Shown here: positions 8,479 through 17,267 of the stretch, in pieces
How positions within the stretch are numbered: the first letter of the stretch is position 1
Layout of the letters: each line of letters starts with the position of its first letter
Assembly: GCA_039589995.1 (NCBI GenBank)
Contig: JBDHGH010000024.1
Coordinates: 1 to 42,692 of the forward strand
Length of the DNA stretch: 42,692 nt
Source of the DNA: Gemmatimonadota bacterium
GTDB lineage: Bacteria > Gemmatimonadota > Gemmatimonadetes > Palauibacterales > KS3-K002
Reading direction: 5' to 3'
Notes under the pieces: model-generated
The model's input: the letters and a program-made list of their open reading frames with translations, nothing else
What the model was told of the DNA's origin: nothing
Database searches by the model: none
Position numbers and translations under genes: made by a program

Positions 8479-9468
8479 ATGACCGGATGGGGAGCGCTAC
8501 GACAATCTGAAACCTCGCGAACCCAAGGGCGAATGGAACGACAGCGCCTGACGTTCCTAGTTATTACTGATCCGTCTAAGCCGGCTCACACCGTGCATGT
8601 ATCTAGCCGTGTGGTCCGAGCTGTGATCGGTAGTGTAGCTGCCATCGTCCTGTTCATGCTGGTCGGTTCCGCCGCGGTAGCGCTCAAGCTCGGCGACCTG
8701 GCGAAGGCCTCGAAGCTCGAGCAAGAAAACGCGCTGTTAGTGGCGGACGTAGCGCGCATGCAGGAGACGGTGGATCTGTTAAGCCTGTCGCTCACCGAGA
8801 TCTCGGAGAGAGACAGGCGTTATCGTTTGGTGGCAGGGCTTCCCGAGATCGACTCCGAGGTGCGCCAGGTCGGTATCGGCGGACCGGGGACGGCCTCGAT
8901 AGAAGGCGAGCCCCTCTCGGAGATCGATCCAGCGCTCGGCGGACAGATCTACTCCACCAGCACCGACCTCAACCGCCTATTGCGCCAGGCCAACCTGTTG
9001 AAGGCGAGCCTGAACGAGGCGGCGGGTGCTATGGAGGAGAGCCGCGAAGAGCTTGCCAGCTTCCCATCGATCGATCCCACCCGGGGCTGGCTCAGCTCCA
9101 CCTACAGCCAGAGCCGCTGGCACCCACTTCTGAACGTTCGCCGTCCCCATGAGGGCATCGACATTTCGGCCCCGCGCGGCACGCCCATCGTGTCCACGGC
9201 CGACGGCCAGGTCACGTTCTCGGGTTGGCGGCCCGGCTTCGGGTACACTGTCGAGATCGACCATGGGAACGGCATCAAGACGCGCTACGCTCACAACGAA
9301 AAGAACCTGAAGGTCAAGGTCGGCGACAGCGTCCGGCGCGGCGACATCATCGCCCTGGTAGGAAGCAGCGGCCGTGTTACTGGCCCGCACGTGCACTACG
9401 AGGTCATCGAGAACGGTCGGGCTGTGAATCCAGAGAACTACCGACTGCATAAGGTGATCGTCGAGTAG
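8479..9468 (+). CDS. M23 family metallopeptidase (LytM/EnvC-like peptidoglycan endopeptidase) with N-terminal TM and coiled coil.
   Basis: M23 motifs HEGIDISAPRGTPIVSTADG...GYTVEIDHGNGIKTRYAHN...GSSGRVTGPHVHYEV. The start may instead be the internal ATG at MERQRL. Confidence 0.85.
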   Translation: MTGWGALRQSETSRTQGRMERQRLTFLVITDPSKPAHTVHVSSRVVRAVIGSVAAIVLFMLVGSAAVALKLGDLAKASKLEQENALLVADVARMQETVDLLSLSLTEISERDRRYRLVAGLPEIDSEVRQVGIGGPGTASIEGEPLSEIDPALGGQIYSTSTDLNRLLRQANLLKASLNEAAGAMEESREELASFPSIDPTRGWLSSTYSQSRWHPLLNVRRPHEGIDISAPRGTPIVSTADGQVTFSGWRPGFGYTVEIDHGNGIKTRYAHNEKNLKVKVGDSVRRGDIIALVGSSGRVTGPHVHYEVIENGRAVNPENYRLHKVIVE

Positions 9469-9488
9469 TTTCTGATCTAATAGAAAAG

Positions 9489-9515
9489 AGCGGACCTCAG
9501 GGTCCGCTTTTTTTT
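9489..9515 (+). terminator. Rho-independent terminator. 8-bp stem AGCGGACC/GGTCCGCT, loop TCAG, then T8.
   Basis: Perfect hairpin followed by TTTTTTTT, 20 nt after the M23 stop codon. Confidence 0.85.
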
Positions 9516-9517
9516 GC

Positions 9518-9644
9518 GTGTAATCAGTAACAACAGTAACCAGTGACTCCGATGGCGCCCGCTGGACCATCTACGCGAGCGGGATGCTCGCTTGAATGAT
9601 TCCCGAAGATTCCACGGTATTACTGGTTACTGATTACTGATCAC
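9518..9644. repeat. ~127-bp inverted-repeat element E1. Termini GTGTAATCAGTAACAACAGTAACCAGT ... ACTGGTTACTGATTACTGATCAC carry CAGTAAC heptad repeats. A central hairpin GCGAGCGGGATGCTCGC is present.
   Basis: Arms are near-perfect reverse complements with a 2-nt indel. The terminal 14-mer GTGATCAGTAATCA recurs at 15434-15560 (E2). Confidence 0.6.
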
Positions 9645-9706
9645 ACATGCCGGGCCGACGATCACAGATTTGCCAACCGCTTCGCCGGGCATATGCCAAG
9701 GCCGCC

Positions 9707-10756
9707 TCAAGAAGCCGGTCCGACCATCACGGAATCTCCAACGATCTTGACGGCGTATACCCGGACAGCCTCACGAACTGGCCCCCCGGCCGGAGCGCCG
9801 CTCTCGATATTGAACCTGCCACCGTGCCAGGGACAGATCAGCGTGCAACCATCGTTGTCTACCGACCCCTCGCTCAACGAGGCCCGTCCGTGCGTGCAGC
9901 GGTCACTGACCGCGTGAAAGGTCCCATCCACGTTGAAGAGTGCGATGGCGTCGGCACCGTGGTAGATCCGCTTCGAGGTCCCCGGCGGAACCTCGGCGAC
10001 CCTCGCTGCTGTCACAAAGCCGTCCGCATCCCGCTCCGAGGCCCGCACCTGCTCGGAGACCGAGGCCCCGCCTAACGAGTCGAGAACGTCCCAGAGCGAC
10101 ATCTGGATACAGGTGAAGATTGGCGTGTCTTTCAGCGTGTAAGCAGACGCATCGCTCTCTCTAAGCTCCATCACGAGATCGAGAAACTCGCCCGGGTCGT
10201 CCCCCTCGAAACCGACCATGAACTCCTGGTCGTCCAGGCCGAAGGAATAGGCGGTATTGATTCTGATGTCGGGATACTTCCGGCCCACCGTCACATGTTC
10301 GCTCATCATCTCCTGCCGCTCACCGTGTGACAGCTTGTACCACGACCGCGTCTTCACGAACGGGTAGAGAAACAGGTACTTCGAATCCTGAGGGCGAACC
10401 GTGACCTGGTCTTCATCCTCCGAGACATCCGGGAACTCGTAGATCGAGCGCTTGGTCATCGCCAGGTAGCTATACGGCGTGGTGAAATGGGCGCCCAGCC
10501 GCGTCGAAAAGATCGCTGTCTCCAAAGCCTGGAGCGTCTCGAGATCTTCGGTAGCCTGCCACAGCATGAAGTCCACGTCGCCTCGTGTCCCCATCAAACT
10601 GTACGACCGGAGCAGCGACCGCGCCTGGAACCCACGTATCGTGTCCCCCAGCTCCACCTTGTGATCGATCTGATCCTCCGTGCTCAAGCGACGCCAGGCC
10701 GGCTCGAGCTTGAGGAACAGGTACCGAACAAACTGCCGCTTCTCTTCTTGACCCAA
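9707..10756 (-). CDS. Chlorite dismutase / HemQ (coproheme decarboxylase) family domain fused to a C-terminal Rieske [2Fe-2S] ferredoxin domain. TTG start.
   Basis: N-terminal ~240 aa carry the Cld-family signature (YSFGLDDQEFMVGFEGDDPGEFLDLVMELRESDASAYTLKDTPIFTCIQ). C-terminal ~100 aa carry the Rieske motif CTHGRASL...CPWHGGRFN (NirD-like). Confidence 0.8.
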   Translation of the reverse strand: MGQEEKRQFVRYLFLKLEPAWRRLSTEDQIDHKVELGDTIRGFQARSLLRSYSLMGTRGDVDFMLWQATEDLETLQALETAIFSTRLGAHFTTPYSYLAMTKRSIYEFPDVSEDEDQVTVRPQDSKYLFLYPFVKTRSWYKLSHGERQEMMSEHVTVGRKYPDIRINTAYSFGLDDQEFMVGFEGDDPGEFLDLVMELRESDASAYTLKDTPIFTCIQMSLWDVLDSLGGASVSEQVRASERDADGFVTAARVAEVPPGTSKRIYHGADAIALFNVDGTFHAVSDRCTHGRASLSEGSVDNDGCTLICPWHGGRFNIESGAPAGGPVREAVRVYAVKIVGDSVMVGPAS

Positions 10757-10808
10757 AACACACCCCTTAGGAAATGAGAATCCGAAGGTCTACGGACCTC
10801 ACTTCCCA

Positions 10809-10880
10809 GTTCTATTGCTCTATTGTTCTATTACTCAATGATTCGAGATTCCCAACAATTACTCGACATTCCCACAACAA
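10809..10880. promoter_or_regulatory. Divergent promoter region carrying TCTATTG tandem repeats and two ~16-bp direct repeats (TCGAGATTCCCAACAA / TCGACATTCCCACAACAA) spaced ~20 bp apart.
   Basis: Read directly. AT-rich intergenic region between the divergently transcribed Cld-Rieske and yggT genes. Confidence 0.4.
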
Positions 10881-10964
10881 CACCTGAAACCTGGTGTTCC
10901 CCCACCCCGTAGTGACTCCGGTAAGCAGGCAGAATCCAGAAACCACGAAATCCAGGGTATTCAT

Positions 10965-11207
10965 GTGAGAATCGGCGAGATGCTCGTCTCCGTCATCACC
11001 CTATATCAGGGGCTCATTCTCCTGAGAGCCGTCCTCACCTGGTTCGTCTCGCCAGAGACGACCCACTCCGCCATCGATCTACTGAAACGGCTCACCGATC
11101 CGGTGCTCGATCCCGTGCGCAAAGCACTGCCGGCGACGGGGACCATCGACTTCGCGCCCCTGGTCGTGCTAATCGGTCTCGAGCTGTTGAAGAGATTTCT
11201 GACTTAG
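10965..11207 (+). CDS. yggT: YggT-family small membrane protein. GTG start.
   Basis: 80 aa. Characteristic LLRAVLTWF and a C-terminal second TM. Matches the YGGT/Ycf19 family pattern. Confidence 0.7.
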   Translation: MRIGEMLVSVITLYQGLILLRAVLTWFVSPETTHSAIDLLKRLTDPVLDPVRKALPATGTIDFAPLVVLIGLELLKRFLT

Positions 11208-11211
11208 CGCG

Positions 11212-11808
11212 TCACTCATCTGCCAGGGGCATTGCCGCAGCATCGCCCCCGGACCCGAAGAGCTCGAGTTTCTCCGCTCCCACCACTTTGGCCGTGACCA
11301 ACTGCGGGAACGCCTCGATGTAGTCGTTGTAACGGCGAACCGCTTCGTTGTAGCTGCGGCCCGACCGTATGACCTGGTCTTCGGTTTCCTGCAACTGCGA
11401 CCGCAGCAGCTGGAACCCGGCATCGGCTTGCAGCTCCGCATACCGGCCCGCCAAGGCCAGCAGGCCGTCCAGACCGTCACACAGCTCCACGTTCGCTGCC
11501 TGCATCTCGCCCAGTTCGCCCGAGCGCACCGCTCCGGCGAGTCGGGCCCGCGCGTCGGCGATCGACCCGACCAGATCGCTGTCCACCGCAACGTAGCTCA
11601 CCACCGTCTCAACCAGACTGGGCACCATCTCGGACCGCCGCTGCAGTTGGACCTCGATCTCCCGGCGAGCCAGCCGCGCCTGCTCATCCATCTCCAGGAT
11701 CTGGTTGTAGCCGCATCCACCCAGAAGGGAAGCCACCGCCAGCGCGGCCAGAATCCGGGCGAAATCGGTACCGGGTCCCAAAGTCTTTCGGCTAGCCTGC
11801 AAATCCAT
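11212..11808 (-). CDS. lemA: LemA-family lipoprotein.
   Basis: Lipobox LLGGCGYN. LemA-like helical core (EVQLQRRSEMVPSLVETV...RSYNEAVRRYNDYIEAFP). Start trimmed to the internal ATG (MDLQAS) preceding the signal peptide. Confidence 0.8.
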   Translation of the reverse strand: MDLQASRKTLGPGTDFARILAALAVASLLGGCGYNQILEMDEQARLARREIEVQLQRRSEMVPSLVETVVSYVAVDSDLVGSIADARARLAGAVRSGELGEMQAANVELCDGLDGLLALAGRYAELQADAGFQLLRSQLQETEDQVIRSGRSYNEAVRRYNDYIEAFPQLVTAKVVGAEKLELFGSGGDAAAMPLADE

Positions 11809-11964
11809 GTAACTTCTTACACCCTTGCCCCTTAGAACGTGCCACGAACCCACTGACCCGCCGGGCCCGCCTGGGGTCGGCCTGCCGGGACCGCTTGAAA
11901 ACTCGAAGGGTCTCTTTAGTTTTCTCGAATCTAGCGGCCCACAACTTTAATCTGGGAGAGCTCA

Positions 11965-12711
11965 ATGAACAAGCATTGGGTTATGGGTGTTGCTGCGCTG
12001 CTCCTGCTGAGCGCTTGTGGAAGGTCGACCCAACTGGCCGTCCGAGCAGCATCGGACGGTGACGAGACCGCTCTGTCGCAGCAGGTGATTCGCCTGCTGA
12101 AGTATGACCGGGATTCGATCTTCAGTTATCTAGCCAGCCTGTCATCGACACCCGAACCCCAGCCACCCGAGGACCTGATACAGCTCCGCGACTCTGTCGC
12201 CGCTGCCCAGATAGCCTGGACGGAGGCTGAAGCAGCCTGGAACGAGGGGCGGTCCGAGATGCAGACTCTGTCCACCCGGATGGAGAACATGAACCGCACC
12301 AGCGACGAGTATTTCGCGGCCTATCAGCAGTTCGACGACCTCGATGTCCTGGTTCGGCGCCTCGATCGCGCCAAACAGACCTACTTCGAGACCTTCACCG
12401 AACTGCAGGGTGCCTATCGCGCCCGAGCCGACTCGTTCAATGTCGTTGCCGAAACGTGGGCCGACGCAGCTTTCGAGGATTTCGGAGTGATCGTCGACAG
12501 CCTGATCGAGGCACGCGGCGAGGAGTTGGTTGACACCACGGACGCCAGCGGCTGGGCCTTCTTCCAAGTGCCCCGCGGCGAGTGGTGGGTCCATACCCGG
12601 TCCAAGCTCGTGTTCGAAGAGCTGTATTGGAACGTCCTTTACAGCTCTGGCGGGGGCACGGACACTCTGATCCTGAACGAATCCAACGCTCAAACCCGAC
12701 CTATCTTCTAG
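11965..12711 (+). CDS. Hypothetical lipoprotein.
   Basis: Signal peptide and lipobox MNKHWVMGVAALLLLSACG. GGGAGAG Shine-Dalgarno-like sequence 6 nt upstream. The antisense ORF has arginine-rich junk composition. Confidence 0.5.
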   Translation: MNKHWVMGVAALLLLSACGRSTQLAVRAASDGDETALSQQVIRLLKYDRDSIFSYLASLSSTPEPQPPEDLIQLRDSVAAAQIAWTEAEAAWNEGRSEMQTLSTRMENMNRTSDEYFAAYQQFDDLDVLVRRLDRAKQTYFETFTELQGAYRARADSFNVVAETWADAAFEDFGVIVDSLIEARGEELVDTTDASGWAFFQVPRGEWWVHTRSKLVFEELYWNVLYSSGGGTDTLILNESNAQTRPIF

Positions 12712-12765
12712 TAGAAACCCCAGGGGCGGCGCCAGCCGGCGCCGCCCGCCTCCAGGAGGTCGACG

Positions 12766-14892
12766 ATGAACCAAACCGCGCGTGACCTCCGCCTCGAAGT
12801 GCGGGACGAAACCGCCGTCCTCACCTTCGATCGCCCCGAATCAAAGGTGAACATCCTCGCCAGCCCGGTCATGTTGGCACTCGACGGGATGTTGTCACGC
12901 ATCGAAGAGGGCATCGCACGAGGAGAGATCCGCGCCCTTCTGGTTCGCAGCGCCAAGCTCGACAATTTCATCGCGGGCGCCGACCTCGATGAACTAGAAG
13001 CCTTCGAGGACGCCGCCGACACCACCGAGATATCACGCCGCGGCCAGCAGATCTTCACCCGGTTGGAACGCCTGAAGGTGCCGACGATCGCGGCGATCAA
13101 CGGTACCTGCGTCGGCGGTGGACTCGAGCTGGCGCTCGCCTGTCGATTCCGCATCGCTCGCGATGCCGGCGCTACGCGCTTGGGCCTTCCGGAAACTCAG
13201 CTGGGGCTGTGCCCTGGACTCGGCGGATCGGTACGACTGCCGCGGCTGGTCGGCCTTACCACAGCCCTCGATCTGATCCTTTCCGGCCGCCAGGTCAGCG
13301 CCGCCCGGGCCTTGAAGATCGGATTGGTCGATCGCGTCCTCGACACAGAGGCCTTTCATGAACGGGCTCTGGACATCGCCGTTGGATTCGCCCGGGGTGA
13401 ACGGCCGCTAAAGACCAGGCGACGGTCGGCACTGACCCGACTCGTCAAGGACGGCGCCCCAGCCCGCTGGGTCATCCGTCGCATGAGTCGCAAGGCCGTG
13501 CTCAAACGAACGAAGGGCCACTACCCGGCGCTTCCCACAGCCCTCGACGTCACCGTTCGCGGGCTAGGAGTCAGCGCCGTGCGCGCACACGAGATCGAAG
13601 CTCGTGCCTTCGGGCGACTCGCCGCGACCCCTGAATGCAAGAACCTGATCTTCGTCTTCAACCTGACCCAAGCAGCCCGGAAGAAGGCGCCTTCCGGTTC
13701 GCCCGCAGACGTGAAGAACGCTGCTGTGGTCGGCGCCGGCCTAATGGGCGCCGGGGTCGCTGAACTGTTCGCCTACCAGTCGATACCCGTCACCGTGGTG
13801 GATATCGACGACGCGCGTGTGAAGACTGGAATCGACCGGGCGCGTGAACTGCTCGAAAGGACCGCCAAACGCTCCGAGTGGACCGAGACCGACCTGCGGA
13901 TCCGCCAGAATCGCCTGACGGGATCGACAGGGTACGACGACTTCGGCGCGATCGACTTCGTCGTCGAGGCCGTTCTCGAAAAGATGGAAGTAAAGCAGAC
14001 GGTCTTCAGGAATCTCGAGGAGAGCGCGAGCGACACGGCGATCCTCGCGACCAACACGTCGGCCCTTTCCATCTCCGAGCTCCAGCAGAGCCTGAACACA
14101 CCGCAGCGCGCCTGCGGGCTTCATTTCTTCAATCCACCGCACCGCATGCCCCTTGTGGAGATCGTACGCGGGTCGGAGACCCACGAAGACGCGATGGCCA
14201 CCGCCTTTCGCCTGGCAGTCAGGTTGGGTAAGACGCCGGTCATCGTGAAGGACTCGCCGGGCTTCGTCGTGAACCGCATCTTGGCCGCTTACATGACCGA
14301 GGCCGGGCACGTACTCCAGACAGGCATGCCGATCGAGAACGTCGATCGAATCATGTCGTCGTTCGGGATGCCCGTGGGTCCTTTACGGCTACTCGACGAG
14401 ATCGGCCTCGACGTGGTCGCAGAAGTCAGCACCACGATGCTACGGGCGTTCGGCGAACGCTTCGAGCCAGCACCCGCAATCAGAGAGATCATCGCCACCG
14501 GCGTCACCGGGCGGAAGGGTGGGCTCGGTTTCTATCGGTACGAGAAATCGAAGGTCAAAGGCGTGAATCCGCGGGCGGAACAGATACTCCTGGGTGCGAC
14601 TGGAGGCCCCGCCATCGGTTCGACGGCGGCTGAGGAGCGGATGGTCCTGGGAATGATCAACGAGGCTGCCCGCACCCTGGATGATGGGGTGGTCGACGCA
14701 CCCGACCCCGTCGACGTGGCCATGATCATGGGAGCCGGATTCCCACCGTTTCGGGGAGGCTTGCTACGCTACGCCGACCACCTCGGCCTGGATCACGTGG
14801 TAACCAGACTCCGCCAGCTTGCCGATAGCGTCGATCCGAGGTTCGAGCCGGCTCCGGGCCTGCTCTCCCGGAGAGCCTTCTACAACAAATAG
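12766..14892 (+). CDS. fadJ: Fatty-acid oxidation complex alpha subunit: enoyl-CoA hydratase fused to 3-hydroxyacyl-CoA dehydrogenase.
   Basis: Crotonase fold (AGADLDE..., INGTCVGGGLELALAC) followed by the NAD-binding dehydrogenase motif VVGAGLMGAGVA. 708 aa. Confidence 0.9.
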   Translation: MNQTARDLRLEVRDETAVLTFDRPESKVNILASPVMLALDGMLSRIEEGIARGEIRALLVRSAKLDNFIAGADLDELEAFEDAADTTEISRRGQQIFTRLERLKVPTIAAINGTCVGGGLELALACRFRIARDAGATRLGLPETQLGLCPGLGGSVRLPRLVGLTTALDLILSGRQVSAARALKIGLVDRVLDTEAFHERALDIAVGFARGERPLKTRRRSALTRLVKDGAPARWVIRRMSRKAVLKRTKGHYPALPTALDVTVRGLGVSAVRAHEIEARAFGRLAATPECKNLIFVFNLTQAARKKAPSGSPADVKNAAVVGAGLMGAGVAELFAYQSIPVTVVDIDDARVKTGIDRARELLERTAKRSEWTETDLRIRQNRLTGSTGYDDFGAIDFVVEAVLEKMEVKQTVFRNLEESASDTAILATNTSALSISELQQSLNTPQRACGLHFFNPPHRMPLVEIVRGSETHEDAMATAFRLAVRLGKTPVIVKDSPGFVVNRILAAYMTEAGHVLQTGMPIENVDRIMSSFGMPVGPLRLLDEIGLDVVAEVSTTMLRAFGERFEPAPAIREIIATGVTGRKGGLGFYRYEKSKVKGVNPRAEQILLGATGGPAIGSTAAEERMVLGMINEAARTLDDGVVDAPDPVDVAMIMGAGFPPFRGGLLRYADHLGLDHVVTRLRQLADSVDPRFEPAPGLLSRRAFYNK

Positions 14893-14894
14893 CG

Positions 14895-15437
14895 ATGGCA
14901 CAGATCGAGATCCGCTACCACCGTCCGCCCGGCCGACTCGACATCTTCCGCCAAGACCTCGTCGTGGACGAACCGCACGTCAAGATCACGCTGCACGACC
15001 CTTCCACGATCGGCGCCGCAATCTCTGTCGGAGACCAACTCGTTTTCGAGCCGGAAGCCCCCATCGTCTGGTTTGTCTACCCGGAAGGCTGGTACGACTT
15101 CGGCCGCTTTCACCTCAGGGACGGGACCTTCACGGGCTACTACGTCAACCTGATCGCTCCACCCCAACTGGAGGGAAGCGTCTGGACGATGCACGACCTA
15201 TGTCTGGATCTCTGGCTCGAGCCTGACGGCGTCTTCCACATCCTCGACCAAGACGAATTCCACGAAGCGGTGGACCGCGGTTGGATTGACAGTGTTACCG
15301 CTCACCGTGCCCGCGACGAATTGAATCGTGTGATTGACAGCATCGGCAAGGGGTCTTTTCCGGGAGATTGGGTCGAGAGTCATGACCTGGAGCGGGTGCG
15401 GATGCTTCGGGCTCGATCTATCACGGGCAACCTGTGA
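14895..15437 (+). CDS. DUF402 (Ntdp/FomD-like nucleoside di-/triphosphatase family) protein.
   Basis: Pattern YVNLIAPP...MHDLCLDLWLEPDG..HILDQDEF matches the DUF402 YxDxDLD...LLDEDEY core. Confidence 0.55.
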   Translation: MAQIEIRYHRPPGRLDIFRQDLVVDEPHVKITLHDPSTIGAAISVGDQLVFEPEAPIVWFVYPEGWYDFGRFHLRDGTFTGYYVNLIAPPQLEGSVWTMHDLCLDLWLEPDGVFHILDQDEFHEAVDRGWIDSVTAHRARDELNRVIDSIGKGSFPGDWVESHDLERVRMLRARSITGNL

Positions 15438-15560
15438 TCAGTAATCAGTGGCGTGAAGGTTGTATCGTGCCGGAGGTCCGGCCACACCTTGCCTCACCCA
15501 CGCCGTGCTTACACCTTCTAGACTCGCGACACCGACAACTGACAACCGAATACTGATCAC
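15434..15560. repeat. ~127-bp inverted-repeat element E2. Termini GTGATCAGTAATCAGTG ... CGAATACTGATCAC. The right terminus directly abuts the TTG start of the DsbA gene.
   Basis: Same terminal motif and same overall length as E1 at 9518-9644. The interiors are unrelated. Confidence 0.55.
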
Positions 15561-16160
15561 TTGAAGCTCGCATACGTCCTCCTACTCGCGCTCGCGGCCA
15601 GCGTCGCAACGCAAGCCCAGGACTACCGCACACTCGGGTCACCCGATGCACCCGTCGAGATGGCGATCTATTCCGACTTCGAGTGCCCGTACTGTCGCAA
15701 TTTCGCTTTGGCGGCCGTCCCCGCCATCGTCGCCGAGTTTGTGCACACCGGCCAGGTTCGATTGCGATACGTCTATTTTCCCCTAGCGGCGAACCACCGG
15801 AACGCTGTCGCCGCCGCAAAGGCCGCACACTGCGCCGGTCTCGCCGGAAGATTCTGGGGATTTCACGACTATCTGTACGTACGCCAACCCGAGTGGGCCG
15901 GGAAAAGCGTTCCCGAATCAGTTTGGGTCGACTACGCAGGCAACCTCGGGCTGGATGAAGAGGAGTTTTCGACGTGTCTCGGAGCAGAAGATACGAACTC
16001 CACTGTGGAAGTCGATCTACGGGAGGCCTTGTCCAGCGGAGCGACAGGCACACCGACCATCGTGCTCAACGGTGAATCGATTTCGGGCTTCGAGTCGTAC
16101 AACGATCTGCGGCGCGAGATTCTTTCGGCGATCGAGGTAGCCGACAGCGTTGGGAACTGA
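15561..16160 (+). CDS. dsbA: Secreted DsbA-family thiol:disulfide oxidoreductase (thioredoxin fold, CPYC active site). TTG start.
   Basis: Signal peptide MKLAYVLLLALAASVATQAQ. Active site FECPYCRNF. The C-terminal Pro-Thr motif of DsbA is present. Confidence 0.8.
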   Translation: MKLAYVLLLALAASVATQAQDYRTLGSPDAPVEMAIYSDFECPYCRNFALAAVPAIVAEFVHTGQVRLRYVYFPLAANHRNAVAAAKAAHCAGLAGRFWGFHDYLYVRQPEWAGKSVPESVWVDYAGNLGLDEEEFSTCLGAEDTNSTVEVDLREALSSGATGTPTIVLNGESISGFESYNDLRREILSAIEVADSVGN

Positions 16161-16163
16161 CTC

Positions 16164-17141
16164 GTGAGCCCGGATCCGACCCTGTTGCTTTTCGGCATCG
16201 TCGCTAGCGCCGTGGCGATAGGTCTGAGCCCCTATGCTGCTCTCGCTGCCGTGGGCCTCGCTGGGCATCTCGGGCTACTTCAAGTCCCAGATGCCCTCGT
16301 GGGCCTCTCCTCGTCAGCTGTTTGGGGAGCGTTGCTGGTTATGACGGCCCTCGACGGCGTGTTATCGAACTACCGCCTTACGGATCTCGTCTGGAACGCC
16401 CTTCACACGTTCGCACGGCCTCTGGCCGCCGTCCTCTACGCATCGGCTGCAACGGCGCTGGTCGCCGACTCCGTACAGTGGATCGCGGCTCTGCTCGCGC
16501 TAGTGGTGGCTCTACTCACCTCCGTCTGGGTGCTGGCGGTCCGGACGGGCGCGCGAACCGCAGGGCCAATTCCCTGGATGAGCGGATTCACGTCCTTGCG
16601 GCTCACGGCCGCAGCAGCGATCGGCGTCCTGGCGGTTTCCGCGCCGGCATTTGCCTTCGCAGTCGCCGCCGTTCTACTGATCGCCCCCATCCCCCACGCA
16701 GCGTCTCTCTGGGGCGCCGCTTCGTTGAACCTGTCGTCGGTACTCACCAAGCTGGCGCGACCGGACCGCTTCCCTACGTGGGATACAGGAGCCGAGAGCT
16801 TGCCCCGCTCGCTCAGGATGGCGGTGGAGGCTGAACTGGGAACAGCCCTCGGCCCTTCCCGCTCGGCCCGAGTCACCCTCGCCCGCTTCGGACCCGGCTG
16901 GCCATACCTGCGTGGCCGCTTGGTCGTCGCTCACGAGAAGCCGGCCGTCTTCGTCTACCGCCGTGGCTTCCGCGTCCGGGCCATCCGGCTCGGCTTGGGG
17001 GCGGGTCTGCCGGATCACGCTCCGCTGGTCGAAACGGTGGAAATCGAGGCTCATGCGCCGTATGTCCTGTGCCTGGGTCCCGAGGCTCCAGGGGGCCCGG
17101 CCATTCTGGCAGAGATGGAGCGCACGGCTCGGCCTCTCTAG
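16164..17141 (+). CDS. Hypothetical polytopic membrane protein (DUF4126-like N-terminal half) with a soluble C-terminal domain. GTG start.
   Basis: Multiple Ala/Leu-rich TM helices. No redox Cys pairs, so not DsbB or VKOR. Lies 3 bp downstream of dsbA. Confidence 0.5.
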   Translation: MSPDPTLLLFGIVASAVAIGLSPYAALAAVGLAGHLGLLQVPDALVGLSSSAVWGALLVMTALDGVLSNYRLTDLVWNALHTFARPLAAVLYASAATALVADSVQWIAALLALVVALLTSVWVLAVRTGARTAGPIPWMSGFTSLRLTAAAAIGVLAVSAPAFAFAVAAVLLIAPIPHAASLWGAASLNLSSVLTKLARPDRFPTWDTGAESLPRSLRMAVEAELGTALGPSRSARVTLARFGPGWPYLRGRLVVAHEKPAVFVYRRGFRVRAIRLGLGAGLPDHAPLVETVEIEAHAPYVLCLGPEAPGGPAILAEMERTARPL

Positions 17142-17238
17142 AGCCGGACTCGGACGCCCCGGCAGGGTTACAAACAGTTGTAGTCCCCAAAAAGCCAATA
17201 TCGAAAAGGGTTGTGGCCGATTCGCCTTCTCTTCGGGC

Positions 17239-17267
17239 TTTACGAAAAGGCGGTAGATTTTTATACT
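17239..17267 (+). promoter_or_regulatory. Putative promoter TTTACG-17-TATACT for the sigma factor gene, giving a ~175-nt leader.
   Basis: -35-like and -10-like hexamers with a 17-bp spacer. The leader contains a GC-rich segment followed by a U7 tract at 17403-17409. Confidence 0.4.

Noticed and set aside
12142-12774. 210-aa minus-strand ORF opposite the 11965-12711 lipoprotein gene
   Set aside because: The + strand ORF has a textbook signal peptide, lipobox and Shine-Dalgarno-like sequence. The minus ORF begins MVHRRPPGGGRRRLAPP, which is typical reverse-frame junk.
16436-17198. Minus-strand ORFs of 146, 174 and 105 aa opposite the DUF4126-like membrane protein gene
   Set aside because: Arg/Gly/Ala/Pro-rich with no motifs. 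The + strand frame encodes coherent TM helices directly downstream of dsbA.
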